DNA from: Lama guanicoe
Taxonomy: Eukaryota
Direction of reading: 5' to 3'
DNA: 64,000 nucleotides
NCBI GenBank assembly: GCA_013239625.1
Contig: MU056050.1
Span: 4,969,366 to 5,033,365, forward strand
Part shown: piece after piece, positions 1 through 13,479 of the stretch
Layout: the number at the start of each line of letters is the position of its first letter
Numbering within the stretch: position 1 is the stretch's first letter
Notes under the pieces: generated by a model
Told to the model about the DNA's origin: nothing
The model's input: only the letters and a program-made list of their open reading frames with translations
The model's database searches: none
Program-made: the position numbers and the translations under genes

Positions 1-665
1 TAAGTTGACACTGTATTGATCTCATTTGTTGGTAAAAGACTTTCAGCATTACAATACTGAATTTTATATATATCTTTTCCAAATACTATGCATATATACA
101 TCAAGAGTTTTCCTTAAGTGATGAATTAGTTATTGATAATGAATTCTGTACAATTATGCATAAATTTAATCTTTCTATAAACAAAACATTGGTAGCAAAA
201 TGAAGAACTCAGTATTTAAAATAGAATGGATTGTCAAATGGCATTGGAATGTAAAAATTTAGCTTATTTATACTATTTGCAGTGACTTTGAAGATAAGTG
301 TGCAAATTCAGTGCCTTCCCTAATTGATTTAGATCATTACTGGAAGCAGTAAAAATTACATTCAAAAGAAAATTCTGCATTGGGGAACAATATGAGAATC
401 AGTAGTAAAGAATTGGGTACAAATAATTAGATTTGTAACAGGAAAAATTGGGTGTCTTAATGTACGGCAAGAATCAGATATGACTAAAATATTCACTTGA
501 TCTGACCCTATGAAACACATGAAGGCAAAGTTTGTGGCTAGAATTTGAAATCAAGAGCTCCCTGTTGATAGTGGACTAACGCAACCTGGCTAAAGAAAAT
601 AATGATGGTGAAGATGAATATGAAGGTGAATTTAAAGCTGATAGTGATGTGGCATTCATTGTCCA

Positions 666-850
666 TGTGGTGCAGTGGACATGGAAGATCTGAGTTTGAT
701 TTCCATTTTCACCATTTATTAGCATTGTGACCTTGAACAAGTTACAACTCCTTAGAAATTTCACATTTGCAAAATGTAACTAATAAGGCTTATGTCACCA
801 GATTGTTCAAAGAGATAATGTGTGTAAAAGCACTTCACAAACTATAATTT
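666..850 (+). mobile_element. MIR SINE relic
   Basis: Degenerate MIR core: gaagatctgagtttga...tgtgaccttgaacaagttac...gataatgtgtgtaaaagcactt. Confidence 0.7.
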
Positions 851-2080
851 TCTGTGTCATCCTATATTTATACTCCTGACCCTTAAGAAGAAAATTGTTT
901 CAGTTGCCCCTAAATCAAGTAGTACCTATCCTAAATATTAAGGCCTCTACAGCAACCTGGGGTAGTTAATTCCTGCTATGAATGATAATGCTCCAAATTT
1001 TGTCAGGTTCTAATAATCTGGTATTTCAAAAGGAGTTTCAAAACCTTATGTCTACTGTATTTCATGAAATGAACTATTTATAAAAAATTTCAATTATAAT
1101 CTGTGAAGTCAAGTTTATTATTAGTTCTTACTGTGTTTCTGCAATTCAGTCCTTAGTCTCATGCTGATTGCTTTCTTCATTTATTTTCAGTTTTTCCATC
1201 TTTCCACAATAGAAACTGTAAATCTCCCTTGTTCAAAAATTAATTGCATGAGAATCATAAAATTCTAGCATTCTAATATGCATGGATATTCTAATTCCTT
1301 GGATCTCTTGGGCAACAGTATTGTTTTTCTGTCAGGCATTTAAAATGATACACATGCAGAAGTTTGTTAATGGTTCATTGAAATGGATTTTAGTATATAG
1401 ACTATAGCATTACTTCTTTACTTATTTGGTAAGAGTGTAATGAACATAATCTAACATGAAAAAAACAGAACCTACCAGTAATTAGTAAGGATAAAGTAAC
1501 CCATATCGCAAATATAATTAAGTTAAAGACAGAAGCAAAATTATTAAACTCTAATTTCAAATTAAGTACATAAAAAGATAGTTATATTAATGCTTACAAT
1601 ATCAAGTTTAAATTTGAAAACATAAAGGTAAAAATAAAATGGAAAGTAATTTTTTTTTGTATCAAAGCACACATCTACTATCTCACTTAAAGATAAATGG
1701 GTCTATTTTTTACCATCTGAACTATTTTTAATTTTAATTTTTATCATTTATTTTTATTTTTAGTTGTAGATCTATTTTGGGGGTGACTTAAGAAAGGAGA
1801 AAAAGATATGACATAAAGCAGGCAAAATAATGTTAGAGTTTTTTGTGCCCAATGGCATAAAACAGCAAAATAATGTTAGTTTTTAATTTCTCTCTTGTTC
1901 TTCTGTCTTTAATATCCTAGACTGTCTAATTTACTTTTCAGCCAACATTTTTTCAATATGTAGCTCAAGCAAGACACAAGTTAAATGTTCATATAATCAA
2001 TTATATTCCATCAAATTGGATATGAGCTATGAGGTCTTCAGAAACATTTGATAAAAGCAAAATGTTATTACTCCAAATTA

Positions 2081-2436
2081 TTTTTTATTGTTTTAGTTTT
2101 ATTGAGATATAATTGACTAATAGATTGTATAAGTTTAAGATGTACAACATAATAATGACTTGGCATACATATATTGTGAAATGATTACAAGTTTAGTTAG
2201 CATCCTTACCTCATATAGTTACAAAAAATAGTTTTTTCCTTGTGATGAGAACTTTTAGGATTTACTCTTCAAATATACTCTACAGCAGTGTTAACTGTAG
2301 TCATCATGTTGTACATTACATACCAGTAGTTACTTATCTTATAACTGTAAATTCGTACCTTTTGACTACCTTCATTCAGTTCTCCCATTCCCTACCATCC
2401 ACCTCTGGTAACCATAAATTTGATCTATTTATATGA
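2081..2436 (-). mobile_element. L1 (L1MA-like) 3' UTR with degraded poly(A), seen as T-rich left end
   Basis: ttttattgagatataattgac...aagtttaagatgtacaacat...gtgatgagaacttttaggatttactct is the reverse complement of an L1MA-type 3' end. Confidence 0.85.
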
Positions 2437-3222
2437 GTAAATTACCTTTATTTGCAAATGACATGATTTTATACAGAAAATCCTAAAGACTCCACAAAAA
2501 AACTACTAGATCTAATGAATGAATTCTGTAAAGTCGCAGGATACAAAATCACCATACAAAAATCAGTAGTGTCTCTATATACTAACAAAAAATGATCTGA
2601 AAAACAACAAGGAAAATTATCCCATTTACAATAGCATCAAAAACAATAAAATGTGTGTGTATAAATTTAGCCAAGGAAGTGAAGGATTTCTACACTGAAA
2701 ACTGTAAAACATTGATGAAATAAATTGAAGACACAGATAAATGGAAATTTACCCGGGGTTCATGGATTAGAAGAATTAATATTGTTAGAATGTTCATATT
2801 ACCCAAAGCCATCTGTAGATTCAATACAATTCCAATTATGATTCCACTAGTATTTTTTTTTACAGAAGTAGAAAAGCAATCTTAAAATTTGTATGGAACC
2901 ACAAAAGACTCTGAGTAGCCAAAGCAATCTTGAGAAAGAAGAACAAAGTTGAAGGCATGACACTTTCTGATTTCAAACTATATTACAAAGCTGTAATAAT
3001 CAAAACCATATGGAACTAGCCATAAAAACAGGTACATAGACCAATGGACAAACTCAAGAGCCCAGAAGTAATCTCCTATGTATACAGTTAACTAATATTT
3101 GATAAGGGAACCAAGAATACTCAGTTTAGAAAAGACAGTCTCTTCAATAAATGGTGCTAAGAAAATTGGTTATTCATATGTAAAAGAATGAAACTAAACC
3201 CCTATGTTACACCACTCAAAAA
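2437..3222 (+). mobile_element. L1 ORF2 reverse-transcriptase and downstream fragment, disrupted, inverted relative to the adjacent 3' UTR
   Basis: ttatttgcaaatgacatgatttta (LFA[N/D]DMIL), aatcctaaagactccacaaaaaaactacta ([10 protein letters not shown]), aaagtcgcaggatacaaaatc (KVAGYKI), ctcttcaataaatggtgc (LFNKWC). Confidence 0.92.
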
Positions 3223-3240
3223 CTTTAGCCACAAATTTAA

Positions 3241-3540
3241 TAATAATGATAATGATAGCAGTTAACATTTATTGAGTGCTTATTTTCTGTCAGGCACAGT
3301 GTAATATCCTCCTTATACTGATTAATTTCATGAAACATTACACTTATTCATTCAGTCCTCGAAACTACTCTATGAGGTTGATATTACTATTTTCTCTATT
3401 TTACAGGAGATAAAATTTTGATGTTTAGACACTTTAACTAACTTATACAAGGTAAAAAGGCTAGAGTAAGTGCTGTAGGTGAGATTTACAACTTAATTCT
3501 TTTTAGTTACAAGGCTAGAGCACTTAAATACCAAACCATA
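3241..3540 (-). mobile_element. MIR SINE relic
   Basis: gttaacatttattgagtgctta...ctctatgaggttgatattactatt...attttacagg. Confidence 0.75.
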
Positions 3541-4880
3541 GTATATTATTAAATGGGATAGGGCACAGTTTTATTTACTTTCTTTCAAGGATAATGAAAT
3601 AATTGACTGGTTATTGCCTAAAAAATGCATGAAGTTAGGTAGGTGTATTTTAAGTATAAATAACTATTAGAAAGTTCTTCAGGTTAAATATATTCAAATT
3701 ATACATGGTCTGAAATCATGTATACCGGCCAGTCACCACTGTACATTTTCACATTTGCTATTTTAAAAGAGTTCATGTTGCTACCCAGATGGGAACAGTC
3801 TCCTCATTTTCATTCATAATAGTGAGACAGTTGACACTTGTACAAAGTTCACTGAGGTCAATGGAGACTTAGGGGAAATTGTTTATTACTTAGTATAAGT
3901 ACTATTATATTGTTCTGAAGATTAGGAATCTGCTACTTCCCAAATTCAATAATTGAGTTAAACCTACAAGATACTGCTATCTTTCTTGGGGGCTGACTTG
4001 CAAATGCTATATGAATAATTGTGATATAACAACTAAATGAATTGATGTTCAGAACACTTATATAGCCAAATATTAATTATGAACCTCTAAAAAATGCCAA
4101 GTAGTCATGACAGGTTGTGTGTGCTTGTGTATTTGTATTGAATAAACATTCCTACGAAGATTTGAGAAAGTATGATATTGGGGTACTATTAATGCATACA
4201 TTTCATGTGGATAGTTGGCAGTTTGAGGAAAAATGTGTTACTTTTCTCCAACAGAAAATAGGAGGCTATTGAATTATGGTTCTAGGAATTAAGGAATATT
4301 TCTTGGCAGCAGTTCTTCAACCCATTATGATTTTAAGATTAGTAATTCCTCTCCCTAGTTCCAAAATGAGTTATTTTTTTCCTTCTTTCTTTGCTATCAA
4401 AAAAAATGGAAGAATATTTACATACACTGCAATCAGCTGAGCTTATATTCTTAGAATGTGTGAAAATCTAGCTTACTACAATTCTAGAATTTATCAGTTG
4501 AAATTTTAATTTGCAATATAATGTCTATTTCCCTATGAATTATGACCAGGAAATAAGCTCAAATTGTATATTCAGCTGATATTTCAGCTGATTTCCTGTT
4601 TTGTTTTTCTTTCTCTGAATTCTTTTCAGTTGATCTTTCCTAAGAATTCTTTCTAAAACTGGTGTAACTAGGGAACCATAAATGGGACAGCTGAACAGAG
4701 GAGAGATGGCAGGTGTTGTTTAGTGATGTTTGCCCCAGATGAAATAATTACAATTCACAACTCTGCTTTTGAATGCTAAAGAAAAGAAACTGAGAATTAG
4801 TCAGCTGTCTTATTGAAATGGAAACATTAGAAATTAACAAGGACGTAGTGTATTGGTCAGCTCTCTAGAAGAACTAGAAT

Positions 4881-5060
4881 TACTGGTTCTCAAAATTTAT
4901 TATACATTGGAATTATCTGGGGTACTTGTTGAAAATGAAAATTCCTGTACCCTGAGCAGAAGATTCTTATTGAAGAGATATGGGGTGGGACCCGGAAGTA
5001 TGTCTTTTAAATAGGTGATGCTGATGAAAGTGGTCCCCAGACCTCAATTTGCCCTGGACA
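4881..5060. mobile_element. MER5A-like hAT-Charlie MITE
   Basis: ctggttctcaaaatt...attggaattatctggggtacttgttgaaaatg...ggggtgggacccggaa...aggtgatgctgatg. Confidence 0.7.
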
Positions 5061-5354
5061 GACCTTCCTATAATCCTGGGCCACCAAGGAATGCCTACTG
5101 CTCCTTGGTATTTTCTATCCTAGGGCTTGTGAGATTTCTAGCAAAAGTGCCCAGGAAAGTGCACCCCCATGCTCCTCAAATGAAAGGGGAAGGAGAGTGA
5201 CAGGGAGAGTGTCAGTTGTTACAGTCAGACTGGGATAGCCCAAGCAGCTCTGGCAAGGTGTGGTGGTGCTGAAGATAGGATAGGGTTTTCATGGGGAATG
5301 ACAGAGGGAGAGGACATTCTAGAATGAAGCAACAGTTTGAACAAAGACACAATT

Positions 5355-5500
5355 ATTATGTTCAGAGTCTAGGATTTGGAGTCAGGCCCATTTGGGTTCA
5401 TACCCCAGCTCTGCCATTTAATAATAGCTGTACCTATGGCCCTGAATGTTTTCCATAACTCTGTCAACCTCCTGTTTTCATATTTTACATCATTAAGCTT
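5355..5500 (+). mobile_element. MIR fragment
   Basis: tttggagtcaggcccatttgggttcataccccagctctgccattta. Confidence 0.7.
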
Positions 5501-5879
5501 CTATTACCCTAAGGTGTAATATTCTCATAACTGCACATGCTAACTTAGGGTTTTCTCTGTCTTCTGTCAAAGGGCTTTACCACTATTTCTTTCTCTGGTA
5601 TTGTGCATGATTTTGCCTAGAAGTCTAGTCATTTTGTTTGACTTTTATCCCAAGATTCTCTTGTGAAGTTGTCACCAATCTGCTCTCCAAGCATAGATGC
5701 TTTGTGATTGATTACTTAGTTATTTGTGGCATTTTCAGCTCAGGTTTCCAAATTTAAGTACAGATTTAAGTGCAAATCTTAGATACTTCCTACCACTTAT
5801 CCTGGATGACCTACCCCAGTGCACCCCTCCCCCCAAATCCCCTGTATCACAGTTCTGATGTCTCTGTCATCCTGTGCCG

Positions 5880-6030
5880 TAATATCAGGGAAGATCACAT
5901 CTCTTGAGAGGAAGTAGGTCAAGAATGGCTTCACAGAACAGGCTCCTTTGAGCTGACCCTTAAGAGATGGGTAGTATTTCTGCAGAAAGAGAAAGCATTC
6001 TAGAAGAGGCAATACTATGAGCAAAGGCAG
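5880..6030 (-). mobile_element. L2 fragment
   Basis: ggcttcacagaacagg...tttgagctgacccttaagagatgggtag...gcattctagaagaggcaatactatgagcaaaggc. Confidence 0.65.
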
Positions 6031-6034
6031 AATC

Positions 6035-6150
6035 TTCAGAGATTCTGAATCAATAGGTCTGAGGTAGAGTCTAGATTTCTTAGAAATTTATATTTTTAAA
6101 TGATTGCTCCAGGTGATTGTAGTTTAAAGACAACCCTTTGAGCATTAGTA
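6035..6150. mobile_element. MER5-like hAT MITE fragment
   Basis: cagagattctgaatcaataggtctgaggtagagtc...gctccaggtgattgt. Confidence 0.6.
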
Positions 6151-9100
6151 CTTGTATTCATTGATACTGTAGTAAAATTTAAAGGAAAAGGTCCTGCTGT
6201 CCAGATTCCCATACACATGCTGTAACACTTAGTTGTGATGCAACTACTGACTTAGTTGTGATGAATGACTCTTTCCATATGATGGAAGAGGGTATGCAAA
6301 GGGAATTGGAGGTGGTCATAGAACCCTCTCCATTGTTTACCAAATAGAAAGGTATAAGCATATAGCAATTTAATCCAAATAGAATCCAAAGTTGAAGGTC
6401 CATGACTAGCATTTCAAAGATTATTTATTTGGAACTTTACAACTTTCTATATAACAAAAGATTCTTCTGCCAGTTTAATACGTGTTGACATATTGCAAAA
6501 ATAAATGAAAGAAAAAAAAGACCAAAATGCCTCTGCCTCAAGAGACCTTGTTTTATACAGTAGAGAAGAAAGAGATCCTGGTATTTCTCAACAGTTCTTG
6601 AGTTAAAGAAATATGTGCCTTTTACCCTGGAGAGCCAGGCTCAGAAAACACTTTCCTATAGTTTTAAATCTAATTAAGGTAGAAAGGCTTTTGGAAGAGT
6701 AAGGTGAATATGAAAAAGAGAAGCAAAGTTCATAGATTTGGTTATTGTCTAGGTTTTAGAAAGAAGCAAGGTGAAATGCACACACTAGCAGAGAGGCAGG
6801 CCTGGCCTTGGGCTTTGAAAAACAACGGCTATTATGAAAGATGCTGCAGAGTCCAAGCGGTGTGAATTGATGTCAAGATGACTTATCTCCGCCTTTTCTG
6901 TTTCATCATGGGGCTTCCTGTGTGATCCTGTATAAATCAGAAAGAGTAAAGTGAAATAGACACAGAATTACATACCTAAAAAAAAAATTCACACAAAGGC
7001 AGCCTTGTTACTGCACAATGGACACACGTGTTTCTCTACAAAGACAGTTTGTGTTTGTTTTCTACTTGGTTAGCACTTGTTGGCATACTGCTCTGTAATT
7101 TTCTTCAGTTTTTTTTTTTGTCTTGGACTGCATATTCTTTCCTCAACTGTATTGAAAACTCCTCAAAGCCAAGGGTCATGCCTGTGATTTCTTTGGTAGC
7201 CCCTCACGTATTCAACACAGCATTCTGTGCACACACTGGGAGCTGGAGATGTGCTTGAAGACTGCCTTGGTATAATAGTGAAAGGCAGCTATAAACTCTT
7301 CTGCATTTTGTTCAGCTGCCAAAATATGGGACCTAAGGCTAAATAGCATGTTTTGTATTAATAAACTTGCAGCCTTGTCAGCAAGTACTTCAAATGAAAA
7401 CTGCCTCTCCCCATCACAGGATTGTCAGGGAGATTAGTTTATGTTTTCTGATTGGCTCCCGACAGTAACTGAAGTATTGTAATTTCTGTCTGTACTAATG
7501 TTACTGTATTTATGGGGGCTTTTCACCTTACTATGTAGGTTCATAAAGCTACCTCATTTTAAGAAAATGCTTCTTCTGACAAAATGATAGAAAGTTATTT
7601 AGAGACTCTCTTATAACCACTTCATCCAAAAATGGGCTCAGTTTTTTCAGGGCTGAAAGCCGGATCTAGAACTGTACACAGGTGTTGTATAAAAGATCCT
7701 AATTATCTAAGTTCAGAAGATTTCCATCATTGGTTGTGATTGTATATAATCGCTATTGTTCCATATAACATATGAGATTGAAAATTTGATGAGACATGTT
7801 TTAAAAGAAAAAAACTTTTCCTTCAAAGAGGAAAATTTTGACATTGATGATACAGTATAAATAAAGGTACATGGAGAGACTCTTTGGAGAGGGGTAATAA
7901 AAAAGCCTATTATCTAAAATCATAAATACAGTTTCCCTTCTGGAGATTTTAATTAAATATATATTTTTAAAGACAAATTCAAACTCAAACTTTGGTAGTA
8001 AGAATAAGAAAGAAGACCTGTCAAGTGTACTAACCTGAGTCTGTACTGAGCAAAATTTATTTGGGTGGAATTCTGATCATGGAAATATTGCTAAGATAAT
8101 TGAAATATGATATTATATAGGGGAATACATAATATTCTTGTCCAGAGAAAGCTTTCCAAGATGCTCTCATTAGTACAAACTGAGTTCAGAGTTGGTTAAT
8201 CAGGTGTAGGAACGAATTAGGATCCAAACGGTCCCTGTCTTGTCTCTTTATGTCAAATGACATATCAGGGGAAATACATCAAAGCATGAATATAAAACTT
8301 TAACATCTTAAGCATGGCATTGATTATTTTTCCAGGTTAAAGTAAATTGCAAATCCATGAGGAATGTCTAGGACTACTGAACCCTAACTATCTGATCCTG
8401 AGCCTGAAGATACATATAAAATGGGTTGACATTGTATTCCCCAGGTAATTAAGCCTACTTGTGAAGGACATTCCAATATATTCTTTGGTTTTCTTAATAA
8501 GTATAACCAAATAGCCAGGCCATGGGTGAGGAAATACAGTCACTGTACCTATGCTATAAATGTCCTATGCTTCTCAATGGGAATTTTTTTTTTACCAAAT
8601 ATGATAATAAAAGTAGCAATAACCACACAGCAGCAGAAGCAACATGACAACAATAATGACTAATATTGGTAAGCATTTACTATGTACTCAAGTTACTATG
8701 CCAAGCAATTCATATTTAAGATAGGGCCAGTTCAAACAGGCTCTGGCTCAGTGGATCATGAAACACCATAATTTTCTGAATTTTGTTGAGTGGAAAAGTA
8801 TTTGGTAACTCCTTTCAGTGGCTTGACATCATGGATATTATCCAAAGTACTTTTATGGTGATTATCCCTTTTCTAGTTATGGATGTATAGATTGGTGTAT
8901 TATGTCTCAAATTTATTAAAATCTCTACAGCATATTTACTATTATTATATCATTATCCTGTATGTAGTTGAATTTCACAAAGTGTTCATAAGCTTCCCTC
9001 CAGCAGAGAATTTAAGGAAATGAGCAGTCAAGAACAAAGCTCTGCTAATTAGCTCCGAGCCTGTCTGTCTAATGGGGCCATCAGCAAGGAAAAATGAGAA

Positions 9101-9404
9101 GCAATCAATGAAAGGACTTCTGTCTCAACAACACACAAAAAGAGGCTGAAAAATTTTAGCAAACTCAACCTAAAAACCAGCACTCAAAAACCTCTATGCA
9201 TTCTGACTATACTTCGATAAAAAACAAGAAAAAAAAAAGCCCCAAAGAATAGCAGTAGTAGCAATACAACTATATGTCAATTTTTAGATTTATTTAATAA
9301 TACAAGCGTGCCAAGGGGGGTAAAAACCCTCTCTGCATTTCAATGAAATACGAATTTAGAATACTACATAAATCATGAATGTTTGCAGGACCATTAACTC
9401 TAAG

Positions 9405-9510
9405 TCTCTCTCTCTCTCTCCATATATATGTGTATACACATATATATGACATTATTATATAAATATATATTTATAAAGTTATATATACACACATCTTTAT
9501 ATATTTACAT
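9405..9510. repeat. (CT)n followed by degenerate (TA)n/(CA)n microsatellite
   Basis: Seen directly. Confidence 0.85.
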
Positions 9511-10547
9511 TTAAACTAACAACATTGACCAAAGGAAAAAGACAGTTTGAAAGATTCAGTTAGCAAAGAGCCTAAGAAAATGAACACAAACTCCCCTGCT
9601 CTAATTCAGTGCTGTTAAGAAGCATTGTGTAAAGATAAATTGGACCTTTATCATTGGACATTACCGTTGGACAGCATGATACATTTTAGAATAATAGGCA
9701 AACATGAACCTATCCTCAGGTGATAGTAATCCAGTGTTAATAACTTCACATTTATATCTACATCAGTTTCTTTATAGTTTAAAAAATGTGCTCAAGAAGA
9801 CTATAGCACAAATCCAGTACACGAAGATAACGGGGGAAATTAACCCCACTATTTTAAAACAAATATAAAACATAAATTCTCCAACTGAAAAAAAATGGAA
9901 GAAAAGATTCTAGACAAAACAAGTAAAATGAATGAATAAATTATACAAGGAAACAAAACTGAATGAATTAATTTGGTAATGTTGAACTGAATAGTTCTGA
10001 AATTTTTCATTAATAGTTTGATTAATACAAATGAATGACACAAGACTGTGTCCATTGGATACATCTTATTCTAGGAAATAACAAGTAAACAGAGGCTATA
10101 AATGATGTTTGAGTAAAGGAACCAAAGAATGCCTTTTCCGGTTCTGAGGAATACTCTGCTTCTCTGCACTTAAGATCATGAGTGAATTAAGAGCTACGCT
10201 TAATAAAAAATAAGGCAATCTTATGCCAAGGATCAGCTCTTAGAAGAGCAGAGGTAGTGTGATATACATGCTTCGAAGGTTGGTTATTTTTGTTCATACA
10301 GATCACTGCATCTTTATTTAGGTAATAAATGGTAACATGTAAGGGAAAGTACAATCTCTTCAATATGGAGGCAAAAGCTAATATTCCATGGATTTAGTTT
10401 CCTGCTCCTTTATTTATCCATGTTCATGATTACTTTTCCTCTTAATCCCTTTCTAAACTTTCACACTCCACTTTATAAACCTCCACTCAGTACTTTAGCT
10501 GTCAAGGTTACTGCCAAATTGTGGTGATTTCACTGAATTTTGCTCAC

Positions 10548-10700
10548 CATTCATTTATTCAGCAGATACTTATTTCGCCAAATCTGTGTGCAAAATATAG
10601 TGCTAGGTACTGGAAATATAATGTTGAACAAAACTAGCCAACATTCTTTACCCACATAAAGCTGACATTCTATTTGGGAATAAAGGTATTAACTAAAAAT
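10548..10700 (-). mobile_element. L2 3' end
   Basis: cattcatttattcagcagatacttatt...gtgctaggtactggaaatata...aagctgacattcta. Confidence 0.75.
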
Positions 10701-11199
10701 GTTTAAAATACATAATGAGATACATATTATCAAATGTAGGCATTCATAAACATTCCTTCTTCGGGTATATGTAAATATTTTTAAAAACGCATCAAATGGA
10801 TTGTGAGTAGAGTATCAAGAAAAAAAGCAACCAGAGTGCACTAAGGACCACACTCCCCACACTCATAAGGAATTGTATACCACTCAGTAAATTGTATGTT
10901 GGTGGCATTCTGACTGTGCAGAGCTGCACATACTATGTGGAAGAAAGATCAATGGACCAAGGTGTTTAAATAGAATGAAATGACTACAAAGAAAATTCTG
11001 TTGGTTTAGAAAACAAAGATAATCCTAGGAGTTTATAGGTACTGAAGATTACGGTAGGATAGCAGAGTTTGAGTTGTTCTGGACAGACTATATGGATTCA
11101 TTTCTTTCCTTAAATTTTGAGGGGAAGAACGATTAAGACTCTTTATTGGATAGTGTCAGTATTAATCACCACTGATCTATAAACTCAGATTATGAAATA

Positions 11200-11420
11200 T
11201 ACTATAGAGTAAAAGTGCAGCATAGTATGAAAGTGTACAACAGTGGGAACAAAGCTAATCTGAGAGTCCAGGGAAGGCTTCTCTGAAGAAGGGATTTTAA
11301 ACTGAAATCTGAAGGATGACTAGGACTCATGCTTGGGAATGTTAGCATGTGTGAGGAAATGGGTTCTAAGCAGAAAGGATGGCATGCATAAGGCCTGGTG
11401 TTGAGCTAGATCATGGTGTA
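11200..11420 (-). mobile_element. L2 fragment
   Basis: cagggaaggcttctctgaagaagggattttaaactgaaatctgaaggatga. Confidence 0.7.
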
Positions 11421-11734
11421 AGATCAAAGATTCATCAAAGATTTGCTTGAGACAAAGATATGTCATGTAATGTCACATGGGCCCCAGATTAAAAATTAAA
11501 GTTGTAATGCTATGATTAATTGCAAACTACAGTCTTTTCAAGAATAATAAGTAGACATGCGACATAATTTGAATATGTCTGCAGAATATTTCCAAGTACT
11601 TGTAAAGTACTTGTAAAGACTGTGGTGTTGACAGAATTCTAGTGGTCCATGAAATTTGCCGTGGACATTTTGCCTTTATCATTGTGCAAGGCAATATGCA
11701 ATATAATGATGTGTGTCAGACAAGTTGCATCATA

Positions 11735-11945
11735 CTTAAGTGAGGTGAGAGATCATTTCAGATTAACATAGTAATGGAAATCCTCATAGAACAGGTGGAG
11801 TTTGAAATAGGGTTTCAAAGAAGCAGTAATTCTGATAAGCATTATAGGGACAGTGGTGGCCATAATGAGGGAGGATATTTTCTTTGAGGAGAACAAGATG
11901 AGGAAAAAGATAGATATGAGAACATGAGGGGCATGTTCCAAGCCC
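11735..11945 (-). mobile_element. L2 fragment
   Basis: atggaaatcctcatagaacaggtggagtttgaaatagggtttcaaagaag. Confidence 0.55.
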
Positions 11946-12792
11946 GGTGATATGAACACTTTGGCATCATTGAGATGAGTTATAAGCCTACAAAGGAGGT
12001 CACAAGTTCCTTACAGTGAGAGTGAGGATGGTGGAACATGGGGATTCAGAAAACATACTCAGTGAAGAATCTATAGGATTTATGGCTAATTCCATATGAA
12101 GGATCAGGGAGAAAGAAAAGGAAGGGTTTACTCTATACTTGAATAATTAGGAGCATAAGTACCAAATAAGAGTGTTGGTTTTCTTATACTTAGTCTTCTT
12201 GTAGGCCTCACTTTCATACACTGAACAATGACACCCTAAAATGTCTTTCTTTTCCCTAATTTGCAATTTTGTGTAACAGTTGACAAATAATAATTATGAG
12301 TTACTGCATGCTGGTACTACCTGCCAGACAGTAATTTAGTTTAAGTGGCATCTTCACCTATGTTTCTATAGCCACACCTGTTGGTACAAGTGTTGACTAT
12401 TTAGATACACTTTAATTTCACTTTATGACAAATGAGAGAGGAGCTAAATGGAAGAGAAAGTACTGACACTCAGAAGCAAGTTCTCTTAAATTAATTCAAG
12501 GAAAATGAAGATGAAAATCTAGTGGAATGAAATCTGTCTAGCCTTTTTGGATTTAAACTTGTACTTAATTGTGAAAAGAAAACTTTTTTATAAAGTCAAC
12601 ATGCAAAAAATATATCAATTAAGTGTGTATACAAATGAAGGTTGTATTTCAGGATTATATTTTTTCTATTTAAGAACAGAAGCCCTTATGTAGCACAAAA
12701 TTCTATTTTTGGCTTGTGACATATTTGGCTTGGTATGTTTTCTCAAGTATGCATTCCAGTAAAGGACCTTCTGTAGGAAAGTCACAAAGGTA

Positions 12793-13233
12793 CAGGCACA
12801 CCTCACAGATACTGCAGGTTCGGTTTGAGACCACTGCAATAAAGCAAATATCACAAGAAAGCGAGTCACAAAAATTATTTGGTTTCCCAGTGCATATAAA
12901 AGATATTTTGACACTGTACTAAAATCTATTAAGTGTGCAATAACATTATGTCTAAAAAATGTACATACCTTATATAAAAAATACTTCATTGCTAAATAAT
13001 GTTAACCGTCATCTGAGACTTAAGGGAGTCATAATATTTTTTTCTGATGGAGGGTTTGAAATATTGCAAGAATTACCAAAATGCGACACAGAGACAAGAA
13101 GTGGTCAAATGCTATTGGAAAAATGATGCTGATAAACATGCTCCACACAGGGTTACTACAAATCTTCAATTTGAAAAACTGCAATATCTGCAAAGCACAA
13201 TAAAGTGAAGTGCAATGAAATGAACTATGCCTT
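12793..13233 (-). mobile_element. Tigger1-derived non-autonomous DNA transposon (both ends, internal deletion)
   Basis: Terminal inverted repeats caggcacacctc / gaactatgcctt flanked by TA at 12791-12792 and 13234-13235; both arms resemble Tigger1 termini, joined near 13055; no transposase. Confidence 0.88.
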
Positions 13234-13254
13234 TAAGCCATTTTTTTGGGATAT

Positions 13255-13360
13255 GAAGGAATTTTGTTTTATAAATGTTGAGTTTGAGGTGATGGTGGAC
13301 ATCAATATGGAAATATCCAGTAAGCAGTTATAAAAGTAGGACTGAAGCTCAGATTGCAAT
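13255..13360 (-). mobile_element. L2 fragment
   Basis: atgttgagtttgaggtgatggtggacatcaatatggaaatatccagtaagcagtt. Confidence 0.7.
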
Positions 13361-13479
13361 TAAATGTTTGTTATATGGCTAGGGGTATATGGATCATGAG
13401 AGTGGAATTCAAATAACTAATGGAATAACAGATCTAAGAATATTATATAAACTTTGCTCTTCCAATAGTTAAAAATAAA

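Noticed and set aside
580..693. Acidic reading frame on plus (KENNDGEDEYEGEFKADSD)
   Set aside because: Decayed (GAT/GAA)n-like low complexity running into a MIR; no splice or start support.
11594..11618. Short tandem duplication of aagtacttgta (similar case at about 4572-4592)
   Set aside because: Ordinary replication slippage.
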